NCBI RefSeq assembly: GCF_046105845.1
Contig: NZ_CP151004.1
Length of the DNA: 64,000 bases
Source: Escherichia coli
GTDB taxonomy: Bacteria > Pseudomonadota > Gammaproteobacteria > Enterobacterales > Enterobacteriaceae
Direction: 5' to 3' (one strand)
A program made the position numbers and the translations under genes. The notes beneath the pieces are model-generated. The model made no database searches. It had not been told where the DNA came from and was given only the letters and a program-made list of their open reading frames with translations. Position 1 is the first letter of the stretch, and each line of letters opens with the position of its first letter. Shown here in pieces: positions 58,661-64,000 of the stretch.

Positions 58661-59095
58661 CAGTGTTTCTCCTTTCGCCCGCCAGAGTAAAAAGCAACCG
58701 TTTACGTTAATGAAACTGTCTAAACACATGCTCGTGGAGTGCCAGTTTTTGCGAGGAAGGGGAGTTAGAGACAGGAATTGCGGAGGCAATCACATAATCG
58801 TGGTTAAACCACGAAAATGAGAAGAGAACCTGACAATGGAATTATCTGTAATTTTCTCATATTGATATTTCATTAATCATTCTGGCATGTCGCACTCTCG
58901 CTTTTAATCGTTTTTATCTGGATAGCGCTCTTTTGGTCGGCAATGTTGAAATAATGAAAGCGGCACAGATTGAGGGGCAATAATTTGAACTCAGTCGCAA
59001 AATTATAATTAAAACGGTCATGCTACCTAATATATGCCCGTTTATTGCATCGCGAAATTTGAGAAGACATAACTCATTAAATGAAAGGGATGCAA

Positions 59096-61015
59096 ATGAA
59101 TAAGTTTATCGCTGCTGAAGCTGCGGAATGTATAGGCTGTCATGCTTGTGAAATTGCCTGTGCGGTGGCACATAATCAAGAAAACTGGCCGCTGAGTCAC
59201 AGTGACTTTCGACCGCGTATCCACGTTGTAGGGAAAGGCCAGGCTGCGAATCCGGTGGCCTGCCATCACTGCAACAATGCTCCTTGCGTTACGGTTTGTC
59301 CGGTTAATGCTCTGACTTTCCAGCCCGATAGCGTACAACTGGACGAGCAAAAATGTATTGGTTGTAAAAGATGCGCAATCGCTTGCCCCTTTGGCGTCGT
59401 TGAGATGGTCGATACGATTGCGCAGAAATGCGACCTTTGTAACCAGCGCAGTTCCGGCACGCAAGCCTGTATTGAAGTCTGCCCAACACAGGCGTTACGG
59501 CTGATGGACGATAAAGTGTTGCAGCAGATAAAGGTGGCCCGCCAGCGCAAAACGGCAGCAGGAAAAGCGTCATCAGACGCTCAGCCATCTCGCAGTGCAG
59601 CGTTGCTCCCCGTTAACTCGCGTAAAGGCGCAGATAAAATTTCAGCGAGTGAACGGAAAACCCACTTTGGCGAAATCTATTGCGGGTTGGATCCACAACA
59701 AGCGACTTATGAGAGTGACCGCTGTGTTTATTGTGCCGAAAAAGCTAACTGCAACTGGCATTGCCCGCTGCATAACGCTATTCCGGATTACATCCGTCTG
59801 GTGCAGGAAGGAAAGATTATTGAAGCGGCAGAACTTTGCCACCAGACCAGTTCCTTACCAGAAATTTGCGGCAGAGTTTGCCCACAGGACCGTCTTTGTG
59901 AAGGCGCATGTACTTTGAAAGATCACTCTGGCGCAGTCACTATCGGTAATCTGGAACGCTACATCACCGATACCGCGCTGGCGATGGGCTGGCGTCCCGA
60001 TGTCAGCAAAGTTGTTCCCCGTAGCGAAAAAGTGGCGGTGATTGGCGCTGGGCCAGCAGGGTTAGGGTGTGCTGATATTCTGGCGCGCGCAGGAGTTCAG
60101 GTTGATGTCTTTGATCGCCATCCAGAAATTGGCGGTATGCTGACTTTTGGCATTCCTCCTTTCAAACTCGATAAAACGGTATTAAGCCAGCGGCGAGAGA
60201 TATTCACCGCAATGGGAATCGACTTTCATCTCAACTGTGAAATTGGCCGCGATATTACCTTTAGCGATTTAACTTCTGAATATGATGCAGTTTTCATCGG
60301 CGTGGGGACTTACGGGATGATGCGAGCAGATCTGCCGCATGAAGATGCGCCCGGTGTCATTCAGGCTCTACCGTTCCTGACTGCCCATACCCGCCAGCTC
60401 ATGGGATTGCCGGAGTCTGAAGAGTATCCGCTGACGGACGTGGAAGGTAAGCGAGTCGTGGTATTGGGCGGTGGCGATACGACAATGGATTGTTTGCGGA
60501 CTTCCATCCGCCTCAATGCCGCCAGCGTGACCTGCGCGTATCGTCGTGATGAAGTCAGTATGCCGGGCTCGCGCAAAGAGGTGGTTAATGCGCGCGAGGA
60601 AGGTGTCGAGTTTCAGTTCAATGTTCAACCGCAATATATCGCTTGTGACGAAGATGGGCGTTTAACTGCGGTGGGCCTGATTCGTACCGCCATGGGTGAG
60701 CCGGGGCCGGATGGTCGCCGTCGTCCTCGTCCGGTAGCGGGTTCAGAGTTTGAATTGCCCGCCGATGTTCTCATTATGGCCTTTGGTTTCCAGGCGCATG
60801 CCATGCCGTGGTTGCAGGGCAGCGGAATTAAACTCGATAAATGGGGCCTGATTCAAACCGGCGACGTTGGGTATTTACCTACCCAGACGCATCTGAAAAA
60901 AGTCTTTGCTGGTGGTGATGCAGTTCATGGCGCGGATCTGGTTGTCACTGCAATGGCCGCAGGAAGGCAGGCGGCGCGCGATATGTTAACTCTGTTTGAT
61001 ACGAAGGCATCGTGA
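59096..61015 (+). CDS. ygfT: Fused 4Fe-4S ferredoxin / FAD-NAD(P) oxidoreductase (glutamate synthase small-subunit-like)
   Basis: ORF 59081..61015 trimmed to [26 protein letters not shown] at 59096; Cys clusters N-terminally, [11 protein letters not shown] dinucleotide motif; 639 aa. Confidence 0.92.
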
Positions 61016-61503
61016 TGAAATCGTTAATTATCGTTAATCCGGCTGACTGTATTGGCTGCCGTACTTGTGAAGTAGCCTGTGTGGTCGCTCACCCTTCAGA
61101 ACAGGAGTTGAATGCCGATGTCTTTTTACCCCGGCTGAAGGTACAGCGACTGGACAGCATCAGTGCGCCGGTGATGTGCCATCAGTGTGAAAACGCCCCT
61201 TGTGTTGGCGCTTGCCCCGTGGGGGCGCTGACGATGGGCGAGCAGGTGGTGCAGACCAATTCTGCCCGTTGTATTGGCTGTCAGAGTTGCGTCAGTGCGT
61301 GCCCGTTTGGAATGATCACCATTCAGTCGTTGCCGGGGGATACCCGGCAACAAATCGTGAAATGCGATCTCTGTGAACAGCGGGAAGAGGGGCCAGCCTG
61401 CGTTGAATCTTGCCCGACACAGGCGCTGCAGTTGCTTACTGAAAGAGAACTCAGGCGAGTCCGCCAGCAGCGTATTGTTGCCAGCGGTGAGAATCCTCTG
61501 TGA
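61015..61503 (+). CDS. ygfS: 4Fe-4S ferredoxin-like protein
   Basis: ORF 61012..61503; ATG at 61015 overlaps the ygfT TGA; four CxxCxxCxxxCP-type clusters. Confidence 0.9.
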
Positions 61504-61538
61504 AAGAAATCTCCGCGCTGAAAGGCGCGGAGAATCTA

Positions 61539-62906
61539 TTAGATTGCCCAACCACCCGCGTAAAATGCGACCAGTGCGGCAGTAATGATCACCGTACCAA
61601 TATTCAACTTTTGCCATTCGCGAGCAAAGACACGGCCTACGACCAGTGTCACAAAGCCCAGCATAATACCGGTAACGATATTACAAGTCAGAACGATGAA
61701 CACGGCACACACCAGGCCAGCCATTGCGTCAATAAAATCGTTGAAATCCAGCTTCGAGACGTTACTTAACATCAGCAAACCCACGTACATCAGAGCGGGT
61801 GCAGTGGCGTAACCAGGGATCAAAAATGACAGCGGTGATAAGAACAGAATCAGCAGGAATAACGCCCCCACTACGGTTGCGGTCAACCCTGTTTTACCCC
61901 CGGCGGCGGTTCCTGCCGCTGATTCGATATAAACCGCTGCGGGCGCTGCGCCCACCAGGCCGGAGAATATTGAACTTACTGAGTCACTGGTCAGGGCTTT
62001 GCCGCCGTTGATGATCTGGTTGTCTTTATCCAACAAATTCGCCTGACCGGCGACGGCACGGATGGTGCCAGTGGCGTCGAACACTGCGGTCATCACCAAT
62101 GCCAGTACACTCGGAAGTACAGTTGGCTGGAGTGCGCCCATAATATCGAGGCTGAAAATCAGAGACTTACCATCTTCGCCAGTCAGGCTTGGCATCGCCA
62201 CCAGACCGTGGTACTTCACCGCTGGGTCAAAGATTAAGCCGATGATCGAAATTGCGATAATTACCAACAAGATCCCGCCTGGTACGCGGCACTTTTCCAG
62301 ACCGAAGATGACCGCCAGGCCCAGTAAGCTCATCATCACCGGGAAGGAGGTAAACGCACCGAGCGCCACCGGCAAGCCTTCAATCGGGTTTTTGATAACC
62401 ATTCCCACACCGTTAGCAGCAATCAGCAGCAGAAACAGGCCGATACCGATACCAGTACCGTGAGCGATACCCATCGGCAAATTACGTAAGATCCAGGTAC
62501 GCACACCGGTTACGGAAATGGCGGTGAAGATGACGCCCATCAGAAAGACCGCGCCCAGTGCGACAGGAACGCTAATTTGTTGCCCGAGTACCAGACTGAA
62601 TGCGGTAAACGCCGTCAAGGAAATCGCGCAACCAATCGCCATTGGCAAATTGGCCCACAACCCCATCAGCAACGAGCCGAAGCCCGCGACCAGACAGGTG
62701 GCAACAAACACAGCTGCGGGAGGAAAACCTGCTTTGCCCAGCATTCCCGGAACGACGATAACGGAATAAACCATGGCCAGAAAGGTCGTTAAGCCAGCCA
62801 GTACTTCCTGACGAACGGTACTGCCACGAGCGGTAATTTTAAAATAATTATCCAGCGCGCCCTGTGGCTTTGGTGCGTCCGGTGTTTGTAGGATGTCTCC
62901 AGACAT
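61539..62906 (-). CDS. ghxQ: Guanine/hypoxanthine permease (AzgA-like NCS2)
   Basis: 455-aa [51 protein letters not shown]... Confidence 0.92.
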   Translation of the reverse strand: MSGDILQTPDAPKPQGALDNYFKITARGSTVRQEVLAGLTTFLAMVYSVIVVPGMLGKAGFPPAAVFVATCLVAGFGSLLMGLWANLPMAIGCAISLTAFTAFSLVLGQQISVPVALGAVFLMGVIFTAISVTGVRTWILRNLPMGIAHGTGIGIGLFLLLIAANGVGMVIKNPIEGLPVALGAFTSFPVMMSLLGLAVIFGLEKCRVPGGILLVIIAISIIGLIFDPAVKYHGLVAMPSLTGEDGKSLIFSLDIMGALQPTVLPSVLALVMTAVFDATGTIRAVAGQANLLDKDNQIINGGKALTSDSVSSIFSGLVGAAPAAVYIESAAGTAAGGKTGLTATVVGALFLLILFLSPLSFLIPGYATAPALMYVGLLMLSNVSKLDFNDFIDAMAGLVCAVFIVLTCNIVTGIMLGFVTLVVGRVFAREWQKLNIGTVIITAALVAFYAGGWAI

Positions 62907-62941
62907 AATGATGTCCTCACGAGGATGTTAAAGTTTTATTA

Positions 62942-64000
62942 TTAGTTGCGTTCGTACACCAGACGACCATCAACGTAGGTGCGGTAGATCGAACGGTCAT
63001 CGCCCAACGTCATCATCACGAACAATTTGTCGACTAAAGAAACAGAGTTGTCATAGCGCAGCTGCTGTAGCGGAGTGGCGGTGGGTTCCATCACCACGAA
63101 ATCAGCCTCTTTGCCAGGTAAAAAGTTGCCAATCAAATCGTCAAGGCCCAGAGATTTCGCTCCGCCGAGCGTGGCCAGGTAAAACGCTTCATATGCCGAG
63201 AGGCGATAGCCTTGTAATTGCAATACTTTGTAGGCTTCGTTCAGCGTTTGCAGCATGTTGAAAGTGGTTCCGGCACCGATATCCGTTCCCATGCCCACTT
63301 TAACTTTCTTCTGCCATGCTTTTTTCAAGTTGAATAAGCCGCTGCCGAGGTAAAGGTTGGAGGTCGGACAGAAAGCAATGCTGGATTTGGTTTCGCTGAG
63401 ACGATCCCACTCTTTTTCTTCGAGATGGACGCAGTGAGCAAAGACACAGTTTTTACCGGTCAGGCCGTACTGATGGTAAACATCCAGATAACCATCATGG
63501 TCAGGATAAAGCGATTTCACCCAGGCAATTTCATCTTTGTTTTCACAGAGATGGGTATGTACCCACGTATCCGGATATTCTTCTTTCAGGCGTTGCGCCA
63601 TCGCCATCTGTTCAGGAGATGAGGTAGGGGCGAAGCGTGGCGTAATCGCATACAACAGACGACCATTTTTGTGCCAGCGTTCGATCAGTTCTTTGCTTTG
63701 GTGATAGCTGCTTTCGGCAGTGTCTAGCAGATAATCCGGTGCGTTGCGGTCCATCATCACCTTACCGGCAATCATACGCATATTGATATGACTGGCGGCT
63801 TCAAACAGCGCATCAACGGATTGCGGATGAACAGTGCCAAACACCAGAGCCGTGGTGGTTCCGTTACGTAAAAGCTGCTTGATGAAGAACGCCGACATTT
63901 CGCGGGCGTACTCTAAATCCTCATAACGACGTTCAGTAGGGAAGGTGTGTTTATTCAACCACTCCAGCAATTGTTCACCATAGGCCCCCACCATTTCACT
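62942..64000 (-). CDS. guaD: Guanine deaminase, C-terminal part (N-terminus beyond window end)
   Basis: Minus-strand frame open to the window edge; amidohydrolase-fold sequence ending ...YRTYVDGRLVYERN; the ORF-track Met at 63994 is internal. Confidence 0.88.
   Translation of the reverse strand, partial: SEMVGAYGEQLLEWLNKHTFPTERRYEDLEYAREMSAFFIKQLLRNGTTTALVFGTVHPQSVDALFEAASHINMRMIAGKVMMDRNAPDYLLDTAESSYHQSKELIERWHKNGRLLYAITPRFAPTSSPEQMAMAQRLKEEYPDTWVHTHLCENKDEIAWVKSLYPDHDGYLDVYHQYGLTGKNCVFAHCVHLEEKEWDRLSETKSSIAFCPTSNLYLGSGLFNLKKAWQKKVKVGMGTDIGAGTTFNMLQTLNEAYKVLQLQGYRLSAYEAFYLATLGGAKSLGLDDLIGNFLPGKEADFVVMEPTATPLQQLRYDNSVSLVDKLFVMMTLGDDRSIYRTYVDGRLVYERN

Overview
This window reads as an Escherichia coli chromosomal core segment, running from the start of galP through metK, speA/speB, tktA, the cmt PTS cluster, epd-pgk-fbaA, mscS, argO, the sbm operon, argP, rpiA, serA, zapA, pepP, ubiH/ubiI, gcvTHP, bglA, xerD, dsbC, recJ, prfB and lysS, to idi and the purine-utilisation cluster ending in a partial guaD. 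Gene identities were assigned from the supplied ORF translations by recognising the proteins; no database search was run. Most ORF-track entries have spurious N-terminal extensions, so starts were trimmed to the conserved Met with a Shine-Dalgarno. Non-coding features found by reading the sequence include 6S RNA (ssrS), the ibsC/sibC type I toxin-antitoxin pair, the prfB programmed +1 frameshift, an ERIC/IRU repeat, REP-like and GC-rich palindromic repeats, several intrinsic terminators, and a CRP site plus GalR/GalS operator upstream of galP. No CRISPR array, tRNA, rRNA, IS element or prophage was seen. The two most interesting loci are candidate accessory insertions relative to the K-12 gene order as I recall it: an AT-rich unknown-function lipoprotein gene between speA and speB, and an SPFH/band-7 gene between tktA and cmtB that is split by a 1-nt frameshift and flanked by a very AT-rich intergenic region. 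Neither amounts to a clearly novel multi-gene system; both need database comparison.
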